This document shows, piece by piece, positions 30,801-42,101 of a DNA stretch of 64,000 bases. Origin of the DNA: an uncultured Candidatus Rokubacteria bacterium (GTDB lineage Bacteria > Methylomirabilota > Methylomirabilia > Rokubacteriales > CSP1-6); contig CAVYTA010000007.1 in the NCBI GenBank assembly GCA_963771355.1, forward strand, positions 576,001 to 640,000, read 5' to 3'. Position 1 is the first letter of the stretch. Each line of letters starts with the position of its first letter. The position numbers and the translations under genes were made by a program. The notes beneath the pieces were generated by a model. That model was not told where the DNA came from. It made no database searches and saw only the letters and a list, made by a program, of their open reading frames with translations.

Positions 30801-33800
30801 GGAGAACGCGGTGCCGCCGGACAATTTCCAGGAAGACCCGCGCCCCGTGGTCGCCCGGCGGACCTCCCCCACGAATATCGGCCTCTACCTGCTCTCCACG
30901 GTGTCCGCCCGTGACTTCGGCTGGCTCGGCACCCTCGACATGGCGGACCGGCTGGAGGCCACCCTCGGCACGCTGGACCGGCTCGAGCGCTTCCGGGGGC
31001 ATTACTACAACTGGTACGACACCGGCGACCTCCGTCCGCTCGAGCCCCGCTATGTCTCCACCGTCGACAGCGGGAACCTCGCCGGCCATCTCTGCGTGCT
31101 CGCGGTGGCGGCGCGGGAGCGGACCGAGCGGCCCTTCGTGGAGGTGGAGGCGGCGGGGGGCATCGTGGACGCGCTGCGGCTCGTTGCCGAGGCCGCCCCC
31201 CTCACGCCGGGCGGAGCGGCGGAGCCCCTGCGGGCCGCGGTGGAGCGACTCATCGAGCGCCTCGCCACGCCGCCGGTGGCGGCCGGGGAGTGGGAGGTCC
31301 GCCTGCGCGCCCTCGCGTCGGACGCCGACGGCCTCACCGCGCTGGCGGAGGGGCTGGAAGGGGAGTCCCGGGGGCCGGCGCTGGCCTGGGTGAAGACGGT
31401 TCAGGCGACGATCACCGCCCATCGCCGCGACCTCGAGGCGCTGGCGCCCTGGGCCGAGCCGCTCGAGGCGCTTGCCGCCAGCGTGCCGGACGGGATGCTC
31501 GCCGGCCGGGAGGCGGTGGCGCGCGTGCGGAGCACGATCCCCGCGCTCCGCGACATGCCGGCCTGCGCCGAGGCGGCCGCGCAGGAGCTGGTCGAGCTCC
31601 TGGCCGCGGGCCGGGGCCAGGGCGTCGGGCTGGACGCCGGACGCGTCGGCAAGGTCATCGAGGCCATCGAGCGGTCGGGGCTGGCCGCCGCCGCGCTGGT
31701 CCGCCGCCTGGAGGAGATCTCCCGCGCCGCGCGGGAGCTCTTCGAGGCGATGCACTTCGGGTTCCTCTACGACGAGAGCCGCCACCTGTTCACCATCGGC
31801 TATCGGGTCTCGGATGGCTCGCTCGACGGCGGGCGCTACGACCTCCTGGCCTCCGAGGCGCGCCTCACCAGCTTCATCGCCGTCGCCCGCGGCGACGTCC
31901 CCGCCTCCCACTGGTTCCGGCTCGGGCGGCCCATGACGCCGGTGGAGCTGGGTACCGCGCTGCTGTCGTGGTCCGGCTCGATGTTCGAGTACCTCATGCC
32001 CGGTCTGGTCATGCGGACGCCCGCCGGGAGCCTGCTCGACCAGACGAGCCGCCTGGTGGTGCAGCGGCAGAAGGCGTATGCCCTGGCCCACGCGGTCCCG
32101 TGGGGCATCTCGGAGTCCGCCTACAACGTGCGGGACCTCGACCTGACCTATCAGTACTCGAGCTTCGGCGTGCCCGGCCTCGGCCTCGAGCGGGGGCTCG
32201 GCGAGGATCTCGTCATCGCGCCCTACGCGACGGCCTTGGCGGCGATGGTCGACCCGCCCGCCGCCGCGCGGAACTTCACCGAGCTGGCGCGCGTGGGGGG
32301 GCTGGGGGCGTATGGGTTCTACGAGGCGCTGGACTACACGCGCTCGCGCGTGCCCGAGGGCACCCGCGTGGCGGTGATCCGCGCCTACATGGCCCATCAC
32401 CAGGGCATGACGGTGGTCGCGCTCGCCAACGTCCTCCTGGACGGGCGCATGCGTGAGCGCTTCCACGCCGAGCCCATCGTCCAGGCCACCGAGCTTCTGC
32501 TCCAGGAGCGTCCGCCCCACGACGTCCCCGTCATGCGGCCCCGCAGCGAGGAGGTGAGCGCGCCGGGCCACCTCCGCGAGTCGGTGGCGCCCGTCGCGCG
32601 CCGCTTCACCTCGGCCTCCGATCCGCTGCCCCGCACCCATCTCCTGTCCAATGGGCGATACGTGGTGATGCTGACCGCCGCGGGCGGGGGCTATAGTCAC
32701 TGCGGCCCGCTCGCCGTCACGCGCTGGCGGGAAGACGTGACTCGCGACGCCTGGGGCAGCTTCGTGTTTCTTCGTGACGTCCTCACCGGGCAGGTCTGGT
32801 CGACGGGCTATCAGCCGAGCGGCGTGGAGCCCCAGGCCTACGCGGCGACCTTCCTCGAGGACCGCGCGGAGATCCAGCGGCGGGACGGCAATCTCTTCAC
32901 GACCCTCGAGGTGCTGGTGTCGCCCGAGGACGACGCCGAGATCCGCCGGGTGTCGCTCACCAATGTCGGGAAGCGACGTCCGGGAGATCGAGCTGACGTC
33001 CTACGCCGAGCTGGTGCTGGCGCCCCCGCGGGCGGACCTGGCGCATCCCGCCTTCTCCAACCTGTTCGTGCACACCGAGGCCGTCGCCGAGCTGGACACG
33101 CTCCTGGCCACGCGCCTGAGCCGCGTCCCCGAGGAGCCGCGCGTCTGGGCCGCCCACGTGGTGACGGTGGAGGGCGCGACCGCGGGAGGCTCCCAGCACG
33201 AGACGGACCGCGCCCGCTTCCTCGGCCGGGGGCGCGGCATCCGGACGCCGATGTCGATGATCGAGGGCCGGCCGCTCTCGAACACCACCGGCGCGGTGCT
33301 CGACCCCATCTTCAGCCTCCGCCGGCGCGTGCGGCTGGCGCCGGGCGCGAGCGCGCGCATCGTGTTCACGACCCTGCTCGCCCCCTCGCGGGCGGCGGCG
33401 CTGGCCCTGGCCGACAAGTACCGCGACCCCGCGACGTTCGAGCGCACGGCCACGCTGGCGTGGACGCAGGCGCAGGTCCAGCTCCATCACCTCGGCATCG
33501 CGCCCGACGAGGCCCACCTCTTCCAGCACGTGGCCAATCGCATCCTGTACTCCGATCCGCGTCTGCGGGCCCCGGCGCGCACGCTGGCACGGAACTCGGT
33601 CGGTCCCTCCGCGCTCTGGGCGCATCGGATCTCCGGCGACCTGCCCATCGTCCTGGTCCGGATCGACGAGGTGGAGGACCGCGGCATCGTGCGGCAGATC
33701 CTGCGCGCCCACGAATACTGGCGCATGAAGGGGCTGGCGGTGGATCTCGTCATCCTCAACGAGAAGCCGCCGTCGTATCTCCAGGATCTCCAGGGCACGC

Positions 33801-36487
33801 TCGAGGGCCTGGTGCGGGCAGGGAGGCCCACGCTCACCGCGACCCCCGAGGGCGGCGTGTACGTCCTCCGGACCGACCTCCTCTCCCCGGTGGAGCGTGA
33901 CTGCCTCCAGGCGGCGGCCCGCGTGGTGCTGCTGAGCCGCCAGGGCACCCTCGCCGAGCAGGTCGCGCGCGCCGACCATGTCCCGCCCGCCGAGCGCGTG
34001 ACGTCCGCGCGGCGTCGCGAGGCGCTGCCGGACGCCCGGCGCGACCCTGCTCCCGAGACGATCGTCCCGCGGCCCGATCTGGAGTTCGGCAACGCGCTGG
34101 GCGGCTTCGTGGAGGACGGGCGCGAGTACATGACCGTGCTCGGCGAGGGGCAGTGGACGCCGGCCCCGTGGATCAACGTGGTGGCCAACGCGCGTCTCGG
34201 CTTCCAGGTGTCGGAATCCGGCGCGGGGTATGTCTGGGCGGAGAACAGCCGGGAGAACCAGATCACCCCCTGGTCGAACGATCCCGTGTCCGACCCGCCG
34301 GGCGAGATCCTCTACGTGCGGGACGAGGAGTCGGGCCAGCTCTGGGGTCCGACGCTCCTGCCCATCCGCGAGGACGCCTGGCCCTATGTGTGCCATCACG
34401 GGCAGGGCTATAGTCGCTTCGCGCACACCTCGCATGGGATCGCGCTCGAGCTCACCCAGTTCGTCCCGCTCGACGACCCGGTGAAGATCTCGCGCCTCCG
34501 CATCGAGAACCGCTCCAAGCGCGCGCGCCGGCTGAGCGTCACCGCCTACGTGGAGTGGGTGCTCGGCGCCTCGCGGGGGATGACGGCGCCCCACATCGTG
34601 ACCGAGGTGGACGAGCGCACCGGAGCGCTCCTGGCGCGCAATGCCTGGACGCAGGACTTCCCCGGGCGCGTCGCGTTCCTCGACCTGCGGGGAGCCCAGA
34701 CGTCATGGACGGGCGACCGCGCCGAGGTGCTCGGGCGCAACGGGACGCTCGACCATCCGGAGGCGCTCGAGCGCGGCGCGCGCCTGTCCGGCACGGTGGG
34801 AGCGGGCCTCGATCCCTGCGGCGCGCTCCAGGTGTCGCTGCTCATCCCGCCGGGCGGCGAGGCCGAGCTGGCGGTGCTGCTCGGCCAGGGGACGTCGGCG
34901 GACGAGGCGCGCGCGCTGGTGGAGCGCTACCGCGCTGCGGATCTCGACGCGGTGCTCGATGCGGTGATCGTGCGCTGGGACGACCTGGTCGCCGCGGTGC
35001 AGGTGAAGACCCCGGACCGGTCGCTCGACCTCATGCTCAATCGCTGGCTCCTCTACCAGACGCTCTCCTGCCGCATCCTCGGACGCTCGGGCTTCTACCA
35101 GGCGGGCGGGGCCTATGGGTTCCGCGACCAGCTCCAGGACGTGATGGCGCTGGCGGTGGCCGCGCCCGACGTCACCCGGGCCCAGATCTGCCGGGCCGCC
35201 GCCCACCAGTTCGTCGAGGGCGACGTGCAGCATTGGTGGCATCCCCCGTCCGGCCGCGGGGTGCGCACGCGCATCTCCGACGACCTGCTCTGGCTGCCCT
35301 ATACGGCGGCGCACTACATGGCGGTGACCGGGGACCGCGGGCTCCTCGACGAGGACATCTCCTTTCTCGAGGGCCCTCCGCTGCCTCCGGGCGAAGCGGA
35401 GGCCTACTTCGAGCCCACCGTCTCGCGGCAGCGCGCCTCGTTGTTCGAGCACTGCGCCCGGGCGCTGGACCAGCGCCTCGCGGTGGGGGCGCACGGGCTG
35501 CCGCTGATGGGGTCGGGCGACTGGAACGACGGTATGAACCGGGTCGGCCATCAGGGGCGCGGGGAAAGCGTCTGGCTCGGCTGGTTCCTCCACGCCACCC
35601 TCACCGAATGGGCGCCCATCGCGGATGCGCGCGGCGAGCGTGCGCGCGGCGAGGCGTGGCGCGCGCACGCCGCCGCGCTGCGCTCCGCGCTCGAGACTGC
35701 GGGCTGGGACGGGGACTGGTACCGTCGCGCGTACTTCGACGACGGCACGCCGCTAGGCTCGGCCGAGAACGCCGAATGCCGGATCGACTCCATCGCCCAG
35801 TCCTGGGCCGTGCTCTCGGGCGCCGCCGATCCGCGGCGCGCCGCCCGGGCCATGGCCGCGGTGGAGGAGTATCTCGTGCGGCGCGAGCAGGCGCTCGTCC
35901 TCCTCTTCACGCCGCCGTTTTCCCGGACCGCGCGCGATCCCGGCTACATCAAGGGCTACCCCCCCGGCGTCCGCGAGAACGGCGGTCAGTACACGCATGC
36001 CGCGATCTGGGCCATCATGGCCTGGGCCACGCTCGGGGACGGTGACCGCGCCGGCGAGCTCCTCTCCATCCTCAATCCCATCAACCACACCGCCACGCGC
36101 GCCGGCGTCTACCGCTATCGAGGCGAGCCGTACGTGGTGGCGGCCGACGTCTATGCGGAGCCGCCCCATGCGGGGCGGGGGGGCTGGACCTGGTACACGG
36201 GCTCGGCGGGCTGGATGTACCGCGCGGGCATCGAGTGGCTGCTGGGCTTCCGGCTACGCGGGGCGGCGCTCTTCATCGACCCCTGTATCCCGCGTGCGTG
36301 GAGCGGATTCACGCTGACGTTTCGCTACCACTCCGCGAACTACGTCATCCAGGTGGAGAACCCACACGGCGTCACCCGCGGCGTCGCGCGGGTGGAGCTC
36401 GACGGCCTTCCCATCACCCCGGGGCCCGAAGGACTCGGCCTGGTCAGCGACGGGCGCACCCACCGGGTCCGCGTCCTGCTGGGCTAG
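27805..36487 (+). CDS. ndvB: Cyclic beta-1,2-glucan synthase (GT84 plus C-terminal GH94-like phosphorylase; apparent frameshift at ~32969)
   Basis: EWLVDNF, WMGWERKRGKL, ITLDAD, LLSHDLFEG, RQHRWARGDWQ, YDLLASEARL, GAYGFRDQLQD, GDWNDGMN and RENGGQYTH; ~2900 aa once joined. Confidence 0.93.
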
Positions 36488-36617
36488 ACCGGGTCGCTCC
36501 GCCTTACCGGGTCGCTCTTGCCCGGTGGCGGCCGCGTGACGGCGCCATACTCGTCCCCGCGCGGCGAATACGGGGTGATTTCGGCACCTTGAGCCCCGCC
36601 GGTCGTACCACCTCTTC

Positions 36618-36633
36618 CGGCACGCTCCTTGCC
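36618..36633 (+). promoter_or_regulatory. sigma54 promoter
   Basis: CGGCACGCTCCTTGCC. Confidence 0.85.
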
Positions 36634-36664
36634 CCTGAGTGGAGCAAGGAAAGGAGGCCGACCC

Positions 36665-36991
36665 ATGTTGAAGAGCATGAAGGAGTGTCTCGGCTACACG
36701 ATCCTCGCCACCGACGGCGAGATCGGGGAAGTGAGCGACTTCCTTCTCGACGACGAGCTCAAGCTCCGCTACCTCGTCATCGACACCGGGCGCTGGCTGC
36801 CCGGCAAGAAGGTGATGCTTTCCACCGCCTGGATCAGCTCGGTGGATCCTCAGAAACAAACGGTGGTCATGAACATCGACAAGAAGCGCATCGAGGAAGG
36901 CCCCCTCTACGAGAACGAGCACGTGCTCGACCGCGAGTACGAGACGCGGCTGCACGAACACTATCGGTACCCGCCGTACTGGCTGATCTGA
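36665..36991 (+). CDS. PRC-barrel domain protein
   Basis: GYTILATDGEIGEVSDFLLDD..RYLVIDTG.WLPGKKV. Confidence 0.88.
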   Translation: MLKSMKECLGYTILATDGEIGEVSDFLLDDELKLRYLVIDTGRWLPGKKVMLSTAWISSVDPQKQTVVMNIDKKRIEEGPLYENEHVLDREYETRLHEHYRYPPYWLI

Positions 36992-37004
36992 GCGGGAGGA
37001 CACC

Positions 37005-37238
37005 ATGGGACGTTGTGAGGTTTGCGGGAACGAGTACCGGAAGACGCTGGAGATCAAGTACGAGGGCCGCGTGGCCACCTTCGACTCCTTCGAATGCGCG
37101 ATTCACGCGATGGCCCCCACCTGCGAGCACTGTGGATGCCGTGTGATCGGGCATGGCGTCGAGGTGGGCGAGCGCATCTTCTGCTGCGCCAACTGCGCCC
37201 AGATGGTCGGGATCAGTGAGAAGGCCGTCAATGCCTGA
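37005..37238 (+). CDS. Cys-rich metallothionein-like small protein
   Basis: CEVCGN..FDSFECAIH..CEHCGC..HG..CCANCA. Confidence 0.85.
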   Translation: MGRCEVCGNEYRKTLEIKYEGRVATFDSFECAIHAMAPTCEHCGCRVIGHGVEVGERIFCCANCAQMVGISEKAVNA

Positions 37239-37719
37239 GCGCGGGGCCCGCTTCGGGGGGCACCCGGTCCATCCGGCCCTGGTGAGCCTCCCCATCGGGC
37301 TCTGGATCTTCTCCCTGGCCGCCGACGTCGTGCGAGGGCTGGGGGGCGGCCCCGTCTGGCGAGACCTGGCGCTGTACACCCTCGGCGCCGGGATCGTGGG
37401 CGCGCTGATCGCCGCCGTGCCGGGCTTCATCGACTACTTGTCGATCACCGACGCTCGGGTGCGTGACATCGCGGTCGCCCACATGGTGACCATGCTCGTC
37501 GTGCTCGGCGTCTTCGCGTCCAGCTTCTGGCTCCGCTGGATCGGCACCCTGAGCGCCCTGCCGGTGGCCTTGTCGGTCCTCGGCGTGGCCCTCCTCGGCG
37601 TCGGCGCCTGGTTGGGGGGCGAGATGGTCTTTGTCCACGGTCAGGGGATGGCCGCCCATCCCCGCCGGAAAATCGACTCACGTGAAGAGACGGGCCCCCC
37701 GCGAAGCCGGGCCGCCTGA
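37231..37719 (+). CDS. DUF2231-like membrane protein
   Basis: GHPVHPALVSLPIG; GAWLGGEMVFVHG. Confidence 0.82.
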   Translation: MPERGARFGGHPVHPALVSLPIGLWIFSLAADVVRGLGGGPVWRDLALYTLGAGIVGALIAAVPGFIDYLSITDARVRDIAVAHMVTMLVVLGVFASSFWLRWIGTLSALPVALSVLGVALLGVGAWLGGEMVFVHGQGMAAHPRRKIDSREETGPPRSRAA

Positions 37720-37730
37720 GAGGAGACCGC

Positions 37731-38475
37731 ATGCAGGCCGAAATCGCAGCGCAGAACGACCGGGGCCGAGAGGTGAACATCGGGCAGATCGAGCGTGTGG
37801 CTTCCGTCGGCCTGGGAGCGGCGCTGGTGGTGGTGGGGCTGGCGCTGCGGTCGCGCCGGGGCCTGGGTCTCGCGCTCACCGGTGCCGGCATGGCCTATCG
37901 AGGCCTCGGCGGGCGGTGCCTCGTGTACCGGGCGCTGGGGATCCACGGCGCCAGCGGCAAGCCCACGGCGACCGGCAATCTCGGCGTGAAGGTGGAGCGC
38001 TCGGCCCCCATCGACGCGCCCCCGGAGAAGCTCTACGCCTTCTGGCGTGACTTCCGGAACCTGCCCATCGTCATGCCCAATCTCGAGCGCGTGGAGGTGC
38101 AGTCGGACACACGCTCCCACTGGGTGGTGAAGGGGCCCCCTCGGCACCGCGTTCGAGTGGGACGCCGAGATCATCAACGACGTGCCCAACGAGCGCATCG
38201 CCTGGCGGACGACGGAGGGCGCGCGCGTGGAGCACGCCGGCTCGGTGCGCTTCGAGCCGCGCCCGGATGGCGGCACCATGGTGTGGGTCGCCCTGCAATA
38301 CAACGCCCCGGGCGGCGAGTTCACCCACATGGTGTCCAAGCTCTTCGGGGAGGATCCGGGGAAGCGGCTGGAAGAGGATCTCGAGCGGCTGCGAGAGGCG
38401 TTCGGACGGGCTCACGAGGACCGTGACGGGCTGCAGCCGAAGACCGCCGACGCCCTGGGGTATCGATCGTCCTGA
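37731..38475 (+). CDS. SRPBCC/polyketide cyclase family protein with N-terminal YgaP-like TM region (apparent frameshift at ~38138)
   Basis: NIGQIER..G.C..Y.ALG; YAFWRDFRNLP..SHWVVKGP; EWDAEI..PNERIAW. Confidence 0.85.
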
Positions 38476-38551
38476 CCTATTGACGGTCGCGCATCGGGGG
38501 CGGCCGGCCGGGTAAAAATAGATCTAGACACGGGGGCTAGAGTAAAGACAG

Positions 38552-39658
38552 GTGCCCCCGTTGACGATGCCACCGGCCCGCCGCTCCCGCCCCCGCGTCC
38601 TTGCGATCGTGCTGGCATTGACGCTCGGGCTGGGCCTGGTAGGGGCCGCGGGCTCGCTCCATGCCGAGCGCGAGCCGCTGCGGGGCGTGGTCGAGTCCCG
38701 TCCCGCCGACGCCCCCCGCACCCGCACGGTTTTCCGCAACCAGGATCCGCACTTCACGCGCGGACCGTTCTTCACCCGGCTTCAGACCTTCGCCACCGGC
38801 ATGACCTGGCTCATCGCCGAGACTCGGGTGGCGGCGCTGCCCTCCGCGCGTCCGGACCTGGAGCGCCTCCGGTCCGCGGGAGGGGCACCCAGCGTCACCT
38901 GGGTCGGGCACGCCACGGTGCTCGTCCAGCTCGACGGCGTGACCTTTCTCACCGATCCCACCTGGAGCGACGTCTCGGGGCCCTTCGGGGTCATCGGCGT
39001 GAGCCGCTACACGCCGCCCGGCGTCCGCTTCGAGGACCTGCCGCGGATCGATTTCGTCCTCATCTCGCATGACCACTACGACCACCTCGACGAGGCCACC
39101 GTGAAGCGGCTGGCCCAGACCTTCAACTCGCGCTTCATCGTGCCGCGGGGGATCGGGGCGTGGCTGCGCGACCGGGGCATCACCAATGTCGAGGAGATGG
39201 ACTGGGGCGAGCGCACGCGCATCAAGGGGCTCACCGTGGTGTGCACGCCCGCCCAGCACGGCTCGGGCCGCACGCTCGTCGATCAGGGCCGGCGTCTCTG
39301 GTCCTCCTGGGCGGTGCTCGGGTCCAAGCGCTTCTACTTCGGGGGCGACACCGGCTACTTCGCACATTTCCGCGAGACCGGCGATGCGCTGGGGCCCTTC
39401 GACCTGGCGGCGCTCCCCATCGGCTCCTACACGCCGCGCTCGACTTCGCGCGCCGTGCACTTGAATCCCGAAGAGGCGCTCCAGGCCTGGGAAGATCTTC
39501 GCGCCCGCGAGTTCCTGGGCATCCACTGGGGGACGTTCACGCTCGCCCGCGAGCCGTATGACGAGCCCCCGGCCCGCATCGCTGCCGAAGTGGCACGGCG
39601 AGGCCTTCCCGCCGAGCGTATCTGGGTGCCCAAGCCCGGTCTCACCCTCGACTGGTAG
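38552..39658 (+). CDS. MBL-fold metallohydrolase (RomA/NAPE-PLD-like), probably exported
   Basis: TWVGHAT, LTDPTW, SHDHYDHLD, FGGDTGY and IHWGTF motifs. Confidence 0.88.
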   Translation: MPPLTMPPARRSRPRVLAIVLALTLGLGLVGAAGSLHAEREPLRGVVESRPADAPRTRTVFRNQDPHFTRGPFFTRLQTFATGMTWLIAETRVAALPSARPDLERLRSAGGAPSVTWVGHATVLVQLDGVTFLTDPTWSDVSGPFGVIGVSRYTPPGVRFEDLPRIDFVLISHDHYDHLDEATVKRLAQTFNSRFIVPRGIGAWLRDRGITNVEEMDWGERTRIKGLTVVCTPAQHGSGRTLVDQGRRLWSSWAVLGSKRFYFGGDTGYFAHFRETGDALGPFDLAALPIGSYTPRSTSRAVHLNPEEALQAWEDLRAREFLGIHWGTFTLAREPYDEPPARIAAEVARRGLPAERIWVPKPGLTLDW

Positions 39659-39668
39659 TCGAAGTCTC

Positions 39669-39684
39669 TGGCAGCCCCCTTGCA
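39669..39684 (+). promoter_or_regulatory. sigma54 promoter
   Basis: TGGCAGCCCCCTTGCA. Confidence 0.8.
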
Positions 39685-39743
39685 GTGCTCTCTCTGATGG
39701 TCGGAATCTGCCTTTCATTTCTGATCAATAGGGGAGGTGCATT

Positions 39744-40097
39744 ATGGCGAAGGAAAAGCAGCCTGAACGCGCCGATCTTGGCCCCGACGATGGGAGCGTA
39801 GGCTTCGCACCCGACCGGGATGGCTTCGGAGGAACTGAGCCGCCCAGACCGGACGCCGCCATCCTCCGCGACATCGTCGAGCGGATCGGCCGGCACCCCG
39901 AGCTCGATTCCGGCGGCTGCGAGATCGTGGTGAAGAAGGGCGAGGTGCGGCTGGCGGGCGTGGTGCCGAGCGGGGATGCTCGGCGGCAGATCGAGGATCT
40001 CTGCCTGTCCGTGTCCGGGGTCTGGGAATGCGAGAACGGACTGCGAGTGCGCCGGGGCGCTACGTCAGGCGGCCGAGTGGACCCAGATCGAGGTTGA
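39744..40097 (+). CDS. Single BON domain protein (no signal peptide)
   Basis: RPDAAILRDI..VKKGEVRLAG..SVSGV..NGLRV; SD GGAGG. Confidence 0.82.
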   Translation: MAKEKQPERADLGPDDGSVGFAPDRDGFGGTEPPRPDAAILRDIVERIGRHPELDSGGCEIVVKKGEVRLAGVVPSGDARRQIEDLCLSVSGVWECENGLRVRRGATSGGRVDPDRG

Positions 40098-40152
40098 GCT
40101 CCTCGGGGGCGCGGCGACCTGCCTCCGCAGCGCGAAGGCCCCTGTTATCGGG

Positions 40153-40551
40153 TCAACGAGTGGAGGCATCCACGATCCGGGTGAGGGCCGAGACGCTCCG
40201 ATCGAGCACGTCGGCGGCCTGATGGACCGTGGCGGGGTTCTCGGCATGCTCGCGGAGCACGCCGATCCACCCGGCGATGGCGTTGAGCGGCGTGCGGAGG
40301 GCGTGCGCGAGGAGCTCGCGATCGTCTTCCGCCGAGCGAATCAGGATGTCGAGATCGGCCTGGAGCGCACGGAGGCGGTGGGCGATCGGGTCCGTCTCGT
40401 GACCGCCCGGTGCCCTGTCTTCGAACTCGGCGGCCAGGTGCTGCAGCCCGGACCGGACATCATCAAGGATGGCCTGCCGAGCCGAACGCGGCCCATCGGC
40501 CGCGCTGGGAACGGGCTCGGCTTCTCGAGGAATCACGTGAGGGCGTGCCAT
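40153..40551 (-). CDS. Stand-alone HisKA/DHp-like protein
   Basis: LAHALRTPLNAIAGW..LDRSVSALTRIVD; no ATPase domain. Confidence 0.75.
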   Translation of the reverse strand: MARPHVIPREAEPVPSAADGPRSARQAILDDVRSGLQHLAAEFEDRAPGGHETDPIAHRLRALQADLDILIRSAEDDRELLAHALRTPLNAIAGWIGVLREHAENPATVHQAADVLDRSVSALTRIVDASTR

Positions 40552-40566
40552 GCGTCCCGCGCCAGG

Positions 40567-40582
40567 TGCAACTGACGTGCCC
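40567..40582 (-). promoter_or_regulatory. sigma54 promoter
   Basis: GGGCACGTCAGTTGCA; adjacent AT-rich tract with an IHF-like AGTCAAGCAGTTA at 40610-40622. Confidence 0.82.
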
Positions 40583-40690
40583 GCCTCGTTCTGAATTATT
40601 AGTAAGAACAGTCAAGCAGTTACGTGAAGGGGCCAGGGAAGAAATCACCCGGCACCCCTATTTGGGGTGTGTAAGAACTTCCCCGGAGCC

Positions 40691-40719
40691 TTGCGCTAAG
40701 CCACGGGGTTCGGCAAAAT
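40691..40719 (+). promoter_or_regulatory. Possible sigma70-type promoter of bEBP #2
   Basis: TTGCGC-N17-CAAAAT ending 6 nt before ATG 40726. Confidence 0.4.
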
Positions 40720-40725
40720 TGGGTC

Positions 40726-42081
40726 ATGACCCGTGTGCTCGTCGCAGACGACGACCAAGACTCATGTCAGGCGCTGTCGGCCCTTCTCTCCGGATGGGGC
40801 TACGAGGTGGCAGAGGCGGCGGATGGGAACGAAGCGCTGGACCGGGCCATTGTGTTCCGCCCGTCGCTGATCGTCACCGACCTCGTGATGCCCGGGATGG
40901 ACGGGCTCGCCTTGCTCAAGGCCCTTCGCGTCGAACTACCCGCCTCCACCGTGATCGTCCTCACCGGCCATGCCACCATCGAGACCGCGGTGGCGGCCAT
41001 GCGGGATGGCGCCTACGACTACCTCCCCAAGCCGGTGGACCTTCGGCGGCTCCGCGCCCTGGTGGACAAAGCACTCGAGCAGTCCCAGGTGCTCCGCGAG
41101 GTGACGCTCCTCCGCCGCCAGCTCGGCGGCACCCAGGCCATGGGGACCCTGATCGGGGCGAGCGAGCCCATGCAGGAGATCTATAAGACCATCGAGCAGG
41201 CGGCCTCGACCTCCGCCCCGGTCCTGATCTCGGGAGAGAGCGGCACCGGCAAGGAGCTGGCTGCGCGCACCATTCACTCGCTTTCCGTCCGGGGCAAGGG
41301 GCCGTTCGTGGCCATCAACTGCGGGGCCGTCCCGGAGACCCTGCTCGAGAGCGAGCTCTTCGGCCACGAGCGGGGCGCCTTCACCGGTGCGGTGGAGCGG
41401 CGCGCGGGCTATTTCGAGCTCGCGGACGGGGGCACGCTGTTCCTGGACGAGATCGCCGAGATGAGCGGGGCGCTGCAGGCCAAGTACCTGCGCGTGCTCC
41501 AGGACGGCGTGGTGCGCCGCCTCGGCGGGCGGGCGGAGCTGAAAGTCGACGTGCGCATCATCGCCGCCACGAACCGGGACCCGCGGGAGTCCATCAAGCA
41601 GGGGGCGTTCCGGGAGGATCTCTACTACCGGCTCAACGTGTTCAGCTTCACGATGCCGCCCCTCCGCGTGCGCAAGGGGGACATCCCGCTCCTCGCCGAG
41701 GCCTTCGTGACGGAGTTCGTCGGCAAGTACGACCGCGCGGCCAAGGGACTCAGCGCGGAGGCGCTGGATAGGCTGGGCCGGCACCGCTGGCCCGGCAACG
41801 TGCGCGAGCTGCGGAACTGCATCGAGCGCGCGGTGGTGGGCTGCACCAGTGCCGAGCTCACGGCCGACCTGCTGCCGCTTGATCTCCCGCTGCTCCCCGA
41901 GCCGGCCGGGGCGACGGCGCCTTCGCCTCCGCCCCTGAGCCTCGACGAAGCCGAGCGTCTCCACATCTTGCGCACGCTCGCGGCACTGGGGAGCAACAAG
42001 ACGCGGACAGCGGAGAGCCTGGGCATCAGCCTCAAGACCCTCCACAACAAGCTACGCCGGTATCGCGAATCGCCGGGCTGA
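40726..42081 (+). CDS. Sigma54-dependent response regulator (NtrC-type bEBP #2), paralog of 13162..14529
   Basis: GESGTGKE, GAFTGA, WPGNVREL and HTH NKTRTAESLGISLKTL. Confidence 0.95.
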   Translation: MTRVLVADDDQDSCQALSALLSGWGYEVAEAADGNEALDRAIVFRPSLIVTDLVMPGMDGLALLKALRVELPASTVIVLTGHATIETAVAAMRDGAYDYLPKPVDLRRLRALVDKALEQSQVLREVTLLRRQLGGTQAMGTLIGASEPMQEIYKTIEQAASTSAPVLISGESGTGKELAARTIHSLSVRGKGPFVAINCGAVPETLLESELFGHERGAFTGAVERRAGYFELADGGTLFLDEIAEMSGALQAKYLRVLQDGVVRRLGGRAELKVDVRIIAATNRDPRESIKQGAFREDLYYRLNVFSFTMPPLRVRKGDIPLLAEAFVTEFVGKYDRAAKGLSAEALDRLGRHRWPGNVRELRNCIERAVVGCTSAELTADLLPLDLPLLPEPAGATAPSPPPLSLDEAERLHILRTLAALGSNKTRTAESLGISLKTLHNKLRRYRESPG

Positions 42082-42101
42082 GACGCCCGGGCCGTCCGCC
42101 G

